Part shown: piece after piece, positions 53,321 to 62,353 of the stretch
Numbering within the stretch: position 1 is the first letter of the stretch
Layout: the number at the start of each line of letters is the position of its first letter
Notes under the pieces: model-generated
Database searches by the model: none
What the model saw: the letters and a program-made list of their open reading frames with translations, nothing else
What the model was told of the DNA's origin: nothing
Position numbers and translations under genes: made by a program
Virus record (IMG/VR): IMGVR_UViG_3300018079_000002
Coordinates: 3,768 to 67,767 of that record
DNA length: 64,000 bases
Direction: 5' to 3' (one strand)
Source: a virus

Positions 53321-54183
53321 ATGTGTTTCGGCATGTGCTTAAGAAACATCTTTGCCTCGTCCAGTGCCTTGGTCCAAGGCTCCAACCCGGCAGTGATTTC
53401 GTCGATGTCGTTGTAAATGGGGTAGTGACCGTTCATGTGGCTCTTCCACTTGCAAAGAATCGTTTCGATCTCCTGCAAGCCCAGGGGACGGTGGTCGTCC
53501 GGCGGTGCCTTGAAGTCTGCGAAGACACCCTGTAGGTGTTTGACCACCCCGGAAATAATCTCCACGTGTGCGGCCTTATCCTTTGGCCTGGCGTCTTCGG
53601 GCAAGCCCTTCTTCGCTCGCCAGAGCATCAGTGCGGCCTTGGTTGGATCAGTGAACATGAAGACGGCTGCTTCGCTGAAGTCTACCGGCACCTTGAACAC
53701 TCGCTCCGTCATGTCAGCCACCTTGAACGCAATCCAGGGTCCGAACAGCATGTGTTCCTGGACACGGTTGGCCACGGCGGTAAAGTCGCCACCCTCGCCA
53801 ATCACGTAATCCACGAACGCTTCCGGCTGCGGATACTTCGTGCGCAGCTCCTTGACCGCCTTGATGGCCGCATTGCCGCGAAAATGCCGCCGTTCATGAC
53901 CGCGTTCCCACCGAGTGCCAAGTGGCGTCTCGGTTTTGTTCTCCGCAGCCATGTGCATGATATCCCAAAAGCTTTTACCGTCTTTGGTGGAGGCAATATA
54001 GCAGGATGGCCCTGCTGCATAGTAACACCAATACGCCACGAGCCAACGCTTGACCCATTTAATCTTGCGAGGGTCTTTGAGGATACCGCACAGCGCGATA
54101 TAAATGGGGTCAAGATCGTTGGTTTCAAGGAGACGCCTGCCGAATTTTTCAATCGGCAGGCGTTCATAGTTTCGTCCGGCCAT
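53317..54183 (-). CDS. Amino acid:DNA transferase (formerly aGPT-Pplase2)
   Basis: DLDPIY, RWLVAYWCYY, RGHERRHFRG, FGPWIAFKVADM, QEIETILCKWKSH. Confidence 0.9.
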   Translation of the reverse strand: MAGRNYERLPIEKFGRRLLETNDLDPIYIALCGILKDPRKIKWVKRWLVAYWCYYAAGPSCYIASTKDGKSFWDIMHMAAENKTETPLGTRWERGHERRHFRGNAAIKAVKELRTKYPQPEAFVDYVIGEGGDFTAVANRVQEHMLFGPWIAFKVADMTERVFKVPVDFSEAAVFMFTDPTKAALMLWRAKKGLPEDARPKDKAAHVEIISGVVKHLQGVFADFKAPPDDHRPLGLQEIETILCKWKSHMNGHYPIYNDIDEITAGLEPWTKALDEAKMFLKHMPKHI

Positions 54184-54211
54184 ACCCTTTATCCTTTCTG
54201 GCCGGTTGGCC

Positions 54212-54763
54212 TTAGGCTTTGACGATTTTGATCACACCATCCTTCTCAGTCAGGCCGTAACCAAGATGGGTGTTGAGCAGCCGGGTGCCTTCGTAGGCGG
54301 TGCGGTGGTCCCAGCCGGTCTTCTTCATGATCTGCTCGAAGGTGGCACCCTTGCCGGTCAGCAGCTTGATGACCGTATCGCGTTTGGTGCCTTCCCGGTG
54401 TGCCTTGATGTTCTTGCGAGGCTTGAAGTCAAAGGGCTTGCGCGCACGCGGTTTGCGTTCGCCGTTGGACTTCTTTGCGGCCTTGACCTTCTTGACCTTG
54501 GCAGGCTTGCGGGTTTTCGTCGCACGAGTGCGTGCAGGCTTGGTGCTGCTGATGTCCTTCGTCTCAATGATGTAGGCTTCAAAGTCCACCGGCTTTTCGC
54601 CCTGTGCTTTGAATGCCTCCACCGCCTTGGCGACGGCAGCAGCACGGTCACGGATTTTGGAAACCGTGGAGCCAGTGATTAGTCCGAGAAACCTTCCCAG
54701 GTTGACGCCTTGCAGCGCCTCGATGTCCTTGGCCGTTTTGATTGTCATGTTTTCGATTTGCAT
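54212..54763 (-). CDS. Basic DNA-binding protein (Lys/Ala-rich linker + C-terminal winged HTH)
   Basis: KPAKVKKVKAAKK; REGTKRDTVIKLL..GATFEQIMKKTGW. Confidence 0.7.
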   Translation of the reverse strand: MQIENMTIKTAKDIEALQGVNLGRFLGLITGSTVSKIRDRAAAVAKAVEAFKAQGEKPVDFEAYIIETKDISSTKPARTRATKTRKPAKVKKVKAAKKSNGERKPRARKPFDFKPRKNIKAHREGTKRDTVIKLLTGKGATFEQIMKKTGWDHRTAYEGTRLLNTHLGYGLTEKDGVIKIVKA

Positions 54764-54827
54764 ATTGCACCATTTCTGTTTCGTTGTTTCTGTTTATTCT
54801 CGATCCGGCTTCCGGACCTTATTCTTA

Positions 54828-54878
54828 CCATCGTCCGAATCGTGACAGAACTTTAGCCCATACTCGGAAAAAAGCCAA
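54828..54878 (-). promoter_or_regulatory. Overlapping sigma70-type and weak sigma28-type promoters
   Basis: TTGGCT-N17-TAAAGT; the same TAAAGTTC is followed after N12 by GACGATGG. Confidence 0.5.
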
Positions 54879-54905
54879 TAACAAATTTTGCCTGGTTCTG
54901 TTGGG

Positions 54906-56660
54906 CTATTCGCAGCTCCTGCGTCCAGTGGCCGCATCAATCTCGCAGGCTGCACCTTCCTCGCTCGCCACCGGCTGGGGCTTTGACTCCAGCACGCCAG
55001 CACGTTTGCCACCAACCTGGTAGGTGGTGCAACCTTTGCACCCAGCTTCCCAAGCCTGGAAATATAGCGCCTGGAAGTCTGGCCACGGTGTCGTGCTGGG
55101 CACGTTGCAAGTCTTGCTGACGGCGCTGTCCACCCATTTGTATGCCTCCGATAACACCGCAAGATGTTCTTGCACCGTCACGTCCGCCGAACGTTTACCC
55201 TGGACCTGGAACACCCGCCAGCCGTAGTCCACCACGTTGTGCTTCACCGGCTGATTGCCAAACTCAATCACCGTGCGCTCAAATTCGTAATCGAAGACCG
55301 GTTCAATGCCGGACGAAACGTTGTCCGCACAAAGACTAATGGTGCCGGTGGGAGCGATGCTGAGCAGGTGACTGTTGCGTATGCCGTGTTCGTGAATCAG
55401 TGCCACCACTTCCGGGTCCAGGTGCGTCAGGAATTTACTTTCCAGGTAACGATCATCGAACAACGGGAACTCGCCTTTCTCCTTTGCCAGTTCAACACTG
55501 GCACGGTAGCAACCGTTGGCCAATAACTGCAGGATGCGGCCCATTTGTTTAACGAACTGCGGCGTGCCATACGCATACCCCTGGGCTTCGAGTGTATTGG
55601 CCAACCCGGTGACTCCTAAACCCATGCGCCGTTTATTCTTCGCCTCCTTCTCCTGTTCATACAACGGATAGACGGCCTTGTCCACCACATTGTCCATGGC
55701 ACGCACCACGTGTGGAATGTCCGCCAAGAATCGCTTGTCATCAAAGGCGTAACCATTGTCGCCCAGCACCAAGTATTTGACCAGGTTGAAACTGCCCAGG
55801 AGGCAGGCACCGAAGGGTGGCAGTGGCTGCTCGGCGCACGGATTGGTGGCAGCAATCTTTTCGCAGTATTGCAGGTTGTTCATTTCGTTGATGCGGTCGA
55901 TGAAGATCACTCCCGGCTCGGCCCAGTCCCAGGTCGAGCGCATAATCATTTCCCAGAGCGCGAACGCATCCACTTCGCGGTAAACTTCTTTGCCAAAACG
56001 AAGCTGGAAAGTTTTCTTCGCCCTAACGGCCTGCATGAATTCGTCCGTAATGGCGATGCTCAAATTGAATCCGGTCAACTCGGTGGAGTTGTGTTTGGCG
56101 CGAATAAAGTCCTCGATGTCCGGGTGGTCCACCCGCAGGATGCCCATTTGTGCGCCACGACGATGGCCAGCACTGGCAATGCACCGGCAACCCGCGTCGT
56201 AAACATGCATAAACGAAAGTGGGCCACTGCTGCGTGACTGAAGCTTTCTGATCAGAGCACCTTTCGGACGCAGCGTGCTGAAGTCGTAACCAATGCCACC
56301 GCCCATCCGCAGGGTCAGCAGTGCTTCCGAGAAACGGTTGACGATGCTGCCGGTGCCGTCCACCAACGAGTCCTCGATGGTGCCACTGACGAAACAGTTG
56401 TAAGGGGTCACGCGCTTGGTGCTGCCGATCGCAGACTGGATTCGACCTGCAGGCATAAAGCGCATGTCAAACAGCATTTCGCGAAACGTATGGAAGTGTG
56501 CGTCTCCGTCCGCGAGGGTTGAGGCAATCCGGTTTGCCGCCTCGCGAAAAGTTTCCCCTTCGCTGCGATACTTTTGCGCATGCAGGTGTTGGGAGAAAGG
56601 TTGCGTTGGTCCTACTTGCATTCTCATAGATCGATTTGCTTCAATGTGGTGTTCGTTCAT
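54906..56660 (-). CDS. nrdJ: Class II (adenosylcobalamin-dependent) ribonucleotide reductase
   Basis: PAGRI, NCFV, GGGIGYDFS, TNPCAEQPL..CLLGSFNL, IAPTGTIS, KGCTTY; no small subunit in window. Confidence 0.92.
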   Translation of the reverse strand: MNEHHIEANRSMRMQVGPTQPFSQHLHAQKYRSEGETFREAANRIASTLADGDAHFHTFREMLFDMRFMPAGRIQSAIGSTKRVTPYNCFVSGTIEDSLVDGTGSIVNRFSEALLTLRMGGGIGYDFSTLRPKGALIRKLQSRSSGPLSFMHVYDAGCRCIASAGHRRGAQMGILRVDHPDIEDFIRAKHNSTELTGFNLSIAITDEFMQAVRAKKTFQLRFGKEVYREVDAFALWEMIMRSTWDWAEPGVIFIDRINEMNNLQYCEKIAATNPCAEQPLPPFGACLLGSFNLVKYLVLGDNGYAFDDKRFLADIPHVVRAMDNVVDKAVYPLYEQEKEAKNKRRMGLGVTGLANTLEAQGYAYGTPQFVKQMGRILQLLANGCYRASVELAKEKGEFPLFDDRYLESKFLTHLDPEVVALIHEHGIRNSHLLSIAPTGTISLCADNVSSGIEPVFDYEFERTVIEFGNQPVKHNVVDYGWRVFQVQGKRSADVTVQEHLAVLSEAYKWVDSAVSKTCNVPSTTPWPDFQALYFQAWEAGCKGCTTYQVGGKRAGVLESKPQPVASEEGAACEIDAATGRRSCE

Positions 56661-56664
56661 AGTG

Positions 56665-57888
56665 TTAATCAGCCACCACCAATGTTACTCGCTCAGCAGC
56701 TCGGGTGATGGCTGTATAAAGCCACTGCGCGCGATTTTGCCTAAAGCAGTGAGACTCGTCAAAGACAAGAACATCATCCCACTGACTTCCCTGGGCTTTG
56801 TGCACCGTCAAAGCGTAGCCATAGTCAAACATTTCCGCGTCCTTTGCTGCCCACCACGGAACTTCTTTACCGTCGAACGGTCCAGCGTGTGCCTGGACTT
56901 CTACTACCATGCCGTCTGATTCGTCTTGAATGTTCAGGTAAACTTCATCACCGTCCGGTGGGCTCGCCTCCAGGACTTTCCAGATGCCACCATTGAGCAG
57001 GCCGATCTCGTGATTGTTCCGCAGACAAACCATTTTGTCGTCTGCCTCTGGGAAGACGGTTTTCCGGCCAAGCAGCTCCCGAAACCTACGATTGAAGTCT
57101 CGCCGGGTGGCGTTCATGCCCACCAGGGTCTGTCCAGCAGCAAGCACCACGTCCTTGTTGAATTTGCTTTTGGGCATGACCACTGACGAACCATACGTGC
57201 CCAGGGAAGGTCTGCCTTGACCCTCGCGGATGCGGGTGGCTAGGGCGATGATGGGATTGTCCTTCGCCTGCCGGTGGATATCGGTCAGCATAAAGTCCGG
57301 TTTGACTTCGGTGAAGTAACCCGTGCCCTTTACCGGCGGAAGCTGGGCCGGGTCGCCAAGCACTAATATCTTTTTCTTAAATGACTCCAGGTCTTTACCA
57401 ATCATGGCGTCCACCATGGAGCATTCATCGATGACCACTAGCCGCACGTCGTCGCTGGACAATACTGACTGTAGGTTCAAGCTGAACATTGGCCGCAGGA
57501 CGTTCGCCTTCTCCTCCTTGATCTGTTTGAGTAACTGGTGTTCGAGCTCGTCGAAATTTGGTGGCTTGGTTTCGCCGGAAAGCAGTCGGAGCTGCTCCAG
57601 CTTTGCCTCCAGGTCTTTCAGGTGTGCCTTGGACGTGCTCTTAGGCGTGTAGATCAGCTTGTGGATGGTGGTGGCACCAACACAGCCCTTGGAGCGCAGC
57701 ACGTATGCGGCCTTGCCAGTGAAGGCACCGAACACGGCACGACCGTCCAGCCCTTCGGTAAAACTCTTGGCCAGGGTAGTCTTGCCAGTGCCTGCATAAC
57801 CGAATAGGCGAAACACCTGCTGGTCACTATCTTCCAGCCAGTGCTTTACGGCGCACAAGGCTCGGTCTTGTTCGGCGCTGAATTGCAT
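56665..57888 (-). CDS. RecD/Dda-like SF1 helicase (AAA_30 + UvrD_C_2)
   Basis: From MQFSAEQ; GYAGTGKT, IDECSMV, GDPAQLPPV, LTDIHRQ, YALTVHKAQGSQW, YTAITRA. Confidence 0.93.
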   Translation of the reverse strand: MQFSAEQDRALCAVKHWLEDSDQQVFRLFGYAGTGKTTLAKSFTEGLDGRAVFGAFTGKAAYVLRSKGCVGATTIHKLIYTPKSTSKAHLKDLEAKLEQLRLLSGETKPPNFDELEHQLLKQIKEEKANVLRPMFSLNLQSVLSSDDVRLVVIDECSMVDAMIGKDLESFKKKILVLGDPAQLPPVKGTGYFTEVKPDFMLTDIHRQAKDNPIIALATRIREGQGRPSLGTYGSSVVMPKSKFNKDVVLAAGQTLVGMNATRRDFNRRFRELLGRKTVFPEADDKMVCLRNNHEIGLLNGGIWKVLEASPPDGDEVYLNIQDESDGMVVEVQAHAGPFDGKEVPWWAAKDAEMFDYGYALTVHKAQGSQWDDVLVFDESHCFRQNRAQWLYTAITRAAERVTLVVAD

Positions 57889-58325
57889 ATGATGCGTTTG
57901 ATTTGGCTGCTCAATTCTCCTGCCAGTGTGGCGAGGGTCATACAATTGCCACAAGGTCCAGCGCCGTTACCCTCTTCAAGGTCACAGAACGGACAATCCT
58001 CCGGCGGACGAATTGCCTCCAGCAGCTCCAGGTAACGGTCTCGCTCGTAACGAACCTTCTCCACGTGTTGCACTTCAATGACCGCAGGTGCATTCGTCAA
58101 TGGGTTCAGCACCGTAGGGAGCTGTGGCTGCAACGGGTGCTTGAAGGTTAGTTGCTGGATAAAGATGTGGCCGTGTGCCACTACCTGCTCAATTTCTTTT
58201 GGCGATAATTGCCAGCAGGTGGTTATTACTGCTGTCTCCTCGTGCCAGTGGGCCGGCAAAGGCTGATATTCCGGCTGGCGTTCGGCCAGCGTAAAGTTAC
58301 ATTCGGCGAATCTAACGGGTGTCAT
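57846..58325 (-). CDS. Hypothetical protein
   Basis: From MTPVRF; QPEYQPLPA, ITCWQLS; C-terminal CPFC/CGNC. Confidence 0.6.
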   Translation of the reverse strand: MTPVRFAECNFTLAERQPEYQPLPAHWHEETAVITTCWQLSPKEIEQVVAHGHIFIQQLTFKHPLQPQLPTVLNPLTNAPAVIEVQHVEKVRYERDRYLELLEAIRPPEDCPFCDLEEGNGAGPCGNCMTLATLAGELSSQIKRIICNSAPNKTEPCAP

Positions 58326-58554
58326 ACTTGTCCAAGTTCTTCTTCTCCACGTCCGCAATGAATTCGTTCATACGCATAATCCAAACGCCATTATTCCAAC
58401 CCGGCTCTCGCCGAATACATTTGCGTGTGGGTATGTGCATCAAACAAGGCCAGGGTGGCTTGTTGAAGGTCAGGCAGGACTTGATCTGAAGTTTGGCAAG
58501 GCGTTTGGCCTGCTCGGCTTCCGCCTTGTCGGTGGGTTTCGGTTGCTGGCTCAT
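58312..58554 (-). CDS. Hypothetical protein
   Basis: 80 aa, coupled. Confidence 0.55.
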   Translation of the reverse strand: MSQQPKPTDKAEAEQAKRLAKLQIKSCLTFNKPPWPCLMHIPTRKCIRREPGWNNGVWIMRMNEFIADVEKKNLDKYDTR

Positions 58555-58615
58555 ACGATAATGTTGGCGCAGGCAGCTCTACCCACCTGCGCCAACGAGG
58601 CGTTTCGTCTGCCGA

Positions 58616-59482
58616 TTAGAACGGTTGACCGGGTTTCCTTCCACCGGTTTCGCTCCCTGTCTCAGCACCCTCGGTCTTGGTAGTGCTGTCGTGGGCCAAC
58701 TTCACGGAATTCTGCTCGACCAGCTTCTTGAATCCTTTCGCTTCTTCGAGCAGTGGACTGCCAGGAGGCACCAGGCTATCCTTCAACCCACCCTTGGCCG
58801 GAACCAATTCGAAGTTGAAGAAGTCGCCCTTCGGGTTCGAGTCCTTCACCGTTTTGATACGGGTCAGGTGCGCGAACAAGGGTGGCATCTGTTTGCGGCC
58901 GTCCGGAGTTGAGACCTGGAACATTTTGATCTTCGTGTTCCACCGTTTGTAAACGGCAATCTTCGTGGAAGCAAAGCTGATGACCACGGGTTGCGCTGGC
59001 GTCACACCGTCCTCATCCACCAAAACAGCGTAGATGTAGAACGTCTCCACCAGATCATTTCCTGCGGGCGTCTTATACTTCCCGAATTCCTTACTCTCCT
59101 GACGTGCCTTCGTCACCACATCAGCCTCCGGCTGATACAGGGCAACGAAACCACCGCCTTTGTCTCGTGGCTTCCATTCCACGAACACGTGTTGCGTCAG
59201 TGCAGGGACGAAAAGCAATCCTTGCTTCAACCCGTCAACCACTTCTTCCGTGACTGTGTTGATCAGCATTCCTGGCTTACAGTCTTCCCTGTCTGTGATC
59301 TGCGGACTGTTCGATTGCAACACACCCAGGAACGGGATGGTCATGTCCGCCTGCGATTGGCCTTCGTAACCTTTCCCAGCATCGTCCCCGTAATCCACGT
59401 GGGTGCTGAGTGCGGTTGTTCCTGTCGTCGCCAAGGCTGCACCCTTGGCAGAGTCCTTCTTCGGTTGTTCTACGTTCTTCAT
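58616..59482 (-). CDS. Putative single-stranded DNA-binding protein
   Basis: 288 aa; IPFLGVLQSNSPQ, FVEWKPR..GG, acidic tail ending in F; between replication genes as in YuA-like phages. Confidence 0.65.
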   Translation of the reverse strand: MKNVEQPKKDSAKGAALATTGTTALSTHVDYGDDAGKGYEGQSQADMTIPFLGVLQSNSPQITDREDCKPGMLINTVTEEVVDGLKQGLLFVPALTQHVFVEWKPRDKGGGFVALYQPEADVVTKARQESKEFGKYKTPAGNDLVETFYIYAVLVDEDGVTPAQPVVISFASTKIAVYKRWNTKIKMFQVSTPDGRKQMPPLFAHLTRIKTVKDSNPKGDFFNFELVPAKGGLKDSLVPPGSPLLEEAKGFKKLVEQNSVKLAHDSTTKTEGAETGSETGGRKPGQPF

Positions 59483-59612
59483 TTGTCTAGTGCTCTATGT
59501 ATTAGTTGATTCCGAGGCAACATCATGCTGCTCTGAACAACGCACAACTTAGACAACATCACCGTGGAAGTAAACCTTTAATTTGTCTTTTTACCGGAAA
59601 GTTATACACCAG

Positions 59613-59771
59613 TTATACACTTTTGAACCTTTCGAGCTCCCGTGTGGCGATATCCCAGCCACTTAGCCAACCCTGTGCGCCGTCCGAGCCATCCGGGTAG
59701 GGGCACTCGGTGCGGTCCACCCCTTGCATGGCGTCCTCATACCCCTCCTGGGCAAACGGGTCACTGATCAC
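59613..59771 (-). CDS. Ribosome modulation factor (RMF)-like small protein
   Basis: GTG start overlapping upstream stop; AQEGYEDAMQGVDRTECPYPDGSDGAQGWLSGW matches the RMF G(Y/F)..G..G....CPY.....WL.GW pattern. Confidence 0.6.
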   Translation of the reverse strand: MISDPFAQEGYEDAMQGVDRTECPYPDGSDGAQGWLSGWDIATRELERFKSV

Positions 59772-59965
59772 AGCAGCCACTCCCGCAGGCGCGTCTCGGC
59801 TTCCTGCTCGTTGACCCAGCCTTGTAAGGGAGTTGCGCTGCGCACCCGTGCCCACTCCAGTGCCCATTCGTTTCCCATCTGGAGCTGAATGCTTTTACGT
59901 GCCGAGTCACCGGCCAGGAATTGAGCCAGTGCCTTAATGAACAAACCTTTTTCTTGTGTGGTCAT
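59768..59965 (-). CDS. Hypothetical protein
   Basis: 65 aa from MTTQEK. Confidence 0.55.
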   Translation of the reverse strand: MTTQEKGLFIKALAQFLAGDSARKSIQLQMGNEWALEWARVRSATPLQGWVNEQEAETRLREWLL

Positions 59966-60159
59966 ATGTTTCGTATATCCGGCGGAAGTTTGGAAGGGGG
60001 CAACACAATAGCGAGTCGCCACATTTGGTAGGCCACTACCCAGAAGCCCAGGGCGAGCAGCTTCCAAGCAGGCTCTGGTTCGGCACAAATGAAGTAGGCA
60101 CCGGCAGCGAAGGAGCCACTGCCGACCAGCATGAGGAAGACCCAAAGGACGAACATCAT
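59962..60159 (-). CDS. Small two-TM membrane protein
   Basis: MMFVLWVFLMLVGSGSFAAGAYF...LLALGFWVVAYQMW. Confidence 0.6.
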   Translation of the reverse strand: MMFVLWVFLMLVGSGSFAAGAYFICAEPEPAWKLLALGFWVVAYQMWRLAIVLPPSKLPPDIRNI

Positions 60160-60620
60160 TTCTTCATTTCCTCCGGCATGAGCATCAACCCGGCCTTGAT
60201 CAGGTCATACTCAATCGCCTTTAAGAAGGTGCCTTGCCGTTGGCCCTGGAGCAGGGGTTTCTTCTCGACCACTCCATTGGCGTCCGTGGTTACGTTGTTG
60301 TCCGCGATGCCATGGCGGTAACGCGGCACGGCCTTGGTGCCACAATGCGAACAACGGCAGGCGTCCTCCTGTTGCTGCGCGGCCTTGTAACGGTCGATAC
60401 GATCGAACAGCACGCAGTCCTCGCCGATGATTTCGGCGATTGGTCCCTGCGAAATATTCTGCTCGCACTTGGGGCACCACTCAATGAACCAGTGCCACCA
60501 GGTCGCTGGCCGTTCCTCTTCGTCGAGCCGTGTTTGGTTTTGCTGAATTCTGGTTTCTCTATTGCTTCTTCTTGTCACTTGGTAACTCCACTTTAGTATA
60601 TGGTTGTCGGTGAACCCCAA
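60156..60620 (-). CDS. Zinc-ribbon hypothetical protein
   Basis: WCPKC...CRCSHCG; start uncertain. Confidence 0.5.
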   Translation of the reverse strand: MGFTDNHILKWSYQVTRRSNRETRIQQNQTRLDEEERPATWWHWFIEWCPKCEQNISQGPIAEIIGEDCVLFDRIDRYKAAQQQEDACRCSHCGTKAVPRYRHGIADNNVTTDANGVVEKKPLLQGQRQGTFLKAIEYDLIKAGLMLMPEEMKK

Positions 60621-61170
60621 ACAATTCCGTGGGTATGTCTTCGCCCTTCTCCAGTTGTTCCTTGACGAAAGCTTTGAGGGTCTGTGGGTGGACGCCTTTC
60701 TTGGTCTCTACGTTGACCGGCTTCTTACGTTTGGCTAGGTCCAGCGCAAACTTGTCGGCCCACTTCTCTTCGCCCTTGCCAAACTCCACGACAAAGGCAC
60801 GCTTGATCAGCTTGCTGAACCCATGCTTGTCGAGCCAGGCAAATGCCTTGTCCTGGTTGTCCTTGCTGATGCTGGCGAACAGGTGCTCGTCCAGCTTAAT
60901 GGTTAGGCCGGACCTGGTGCGAAACTCTTCCATGTCCAGTTCGTCCATCAACGTAGGCAGGGTGGTCTCGCTCATGACCTTCAGCTCCACCTTCTTCGCT
61001 GCCAATGCCAACTCGGCTAGCATCACTTCATGCTCCAAACGGCGCTGCGCGTCCGCCAATACGCTGAGGCGTTCCAGTTGCGACTTGGATTGTTCTTTGT
61101 CCAAGTAGGCGCTGTAGTCGTGATCAGTCGTCCCACTCGGGTTGTTCTTGTTCTGGTCCTTCGTTTGCAT
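60559..61170 (-). CDS. Conserved phage replication-module protein
   Basis: LPTLMDELD..FRTRSGLTIKL, AFAWL, VHPQTLKAFVKEQLE. Confidence 0.75.
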   Translation of the reverse strand: MQTKDQNKNNPSGTTDHDYSAYLDKEQSKSQLERLSVLADAQRRLEHEVMLAELALAAKKVELKVMSETTLPTLMDELDMEEFRTRSGLTIKLDEHLFASISKDNQDKAFAWLDKHGFSKLIKRAFVVEFGKGEEKWADKFALDLAKRKKPVNVETKKGVHPQTLKAFVKEQLEKGEDIPTELFGVHRQPYTKVELPSDKKKQ

Positions 61171-61411
61171 ATGCTCCTTCTGCTACTGTTTGTTCTATCC
61201 AATCTTCCACCCCACCAACAAGGTGCTCAACGTCACCTTCGCTGATTGGCTCGCCGTCAAAGAGCCACTTTGTTTCTTCTAGTTCTGTCATCTGCTCACC
61301 GGCCACGGTGCTGCCATACGGATGATATTGTGTATGGCTGCTGACCGTGGCTATGCAAGTAAAGACGCAGCCTTCAAACTCGAATTCCTTCGTGGCCGTG
61401 CTGGTGCTCAA
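61124..61411 (-). CDS. Acidic hypothetical protein
   Basis: 95 aa. Confidence 0.55.
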   Translation of the reverse strand: MSTSTATKEFEFEGCVFTCIATVSSHTQYHPYGSTVAGEQMTELEETKWLFDGEPISEGDVEHLVGGVEDWIEQTVAEGAYANEGPEQEQPEWDD

Positions 61412-61902
61412 ACCTGCTCCTTAGGCAGAATACCTTCCGCCTGCATGCCCTTCGTCATCCACTTTTGAATCCACTGCCAGGTGCTGGCGTTGTCCACGTC
61501 CACATCGTTGGCGTGATGACCCATACCGGACTGGTCATCATAAACCAACCCGGCACTGCCGTCGTGACCAAAGTGGAATTGCTTGTGCTCGCCTACGTGG
61601 CAAGCCTGACCGGCACGGTAAGCGTAAAGGCGAATAAAGCCATGCTCCCGGCGAAACTCCAGCACGGGTTTGGTGACCATACGTTCTTCGTAGGTCATGT
61701 TGATCTGGTTTACCAAGTGGGGAATGGCCGCGTGGACTTCGTCCTGCAAGTCTTCGCTGTGTTCTTTTAGCCACGCTTCCGGGGTGGTCTTGTCTTCCGG
61801 CTGGCCAGCAGCACGCTGACGGCTCCGGCGGTTTGTTAAGGCTCGCTCGACTTGCTCCAGCAGGTCGCTGCGTTCGATCACTATTACTTTGCGCTCAGTC
61901 AT
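61408..61902 (-). CDS. Hypothetical protein
   Basis: 164 aa from MTERKV with GGAG SD upstream. Confidence 0.6.
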   Translation of the reverse strand: MTERKVIVIERSDLLEQVERALTNRRSRQRAAGQPEDKTTPEAWLKEHSEDLQDEVHAAIPHLVNQINMTYEERMVTKPVLEFRREHGFIRLYAYRAGQACHVGEHKQFHFGHDGSAGLVYDDQSGMGHHANDVDVDNASTWQWIQKWMTKGMQAEGILPKEQV

Positions 61903-61949
61903 ATGTTTCTCCATTTCTTTTTTCGGTCTGGCCACATCGGCCTAAACTA

Positions 61950-61976
61950 CTATCGGCCAAACTCGGAAAAACTTTA
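61950..61976 (-). promoter_or_regulatory. sigma28/FliA-type promoter
   Basis: TAAAGTTT-N11-GCCGATAG. Confidence 0.85.
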
Positions 61977-61985
61977 ATCCTGTGC

Positions 61986-62014
61986 ATCCTCGCTGGTCCA
62001 TGTAAAAAAGGCAA
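61986..62014 (-). promoter_or_regulatory. Putative sigma70-type promoter in tandem with the sigma28 site
   Basis: TTGCCT-TTTTTAC..N17-GAGGAT. Confidence 0.5.
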
Positions 62015-62017
62015 CTG

Positions 62018-62353
62018 CTATTTTAGCGCGCACTCGATGCGAATGTATTTGCCGTCCTTGCCGGACCACTGGAGCAATTGCAGACGGCCAGTGCGCTCTG
62101 CGGCCAGCGCCACGGTCAAGCCCATCAGCACCGGGTTGCCAATCAGCAACAAATAATCTTCAGCAGTAAACGTCGCCAGCTTGGTGCGCAACTCCGCAAT
62201 CATGCGGGCAGCGTTCCAGGGGTTGGCCGTTGGACTCAATAAGAAAACCAACTCGCCATACTGCTCGGCTGGTTTCAGATCAAACTTCGGCACCAGCTCG
62301 CCCTTCGCCCCATCCCAGCGTTGTTGCTTTTGGACTACGAAGACTTTGCTCAT
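62018..62353 (-). CDS. Conserved hypothetical protein next to helicase
   Basis: FDLKPAEQYGELV, DYLLLIGNPVL, LLQWSG. Confidence 0.75.
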   Translation of the reverse strand: MSKVFVVQKQQRWDGAKGELVPKFDLKPAEQYGELVFLLSPTANPWNAARMIAELRTKLATFTAEDYLLLIGNPVLMGLTVALAAERTGRLQLLQWSGKDGKYIRIECALK

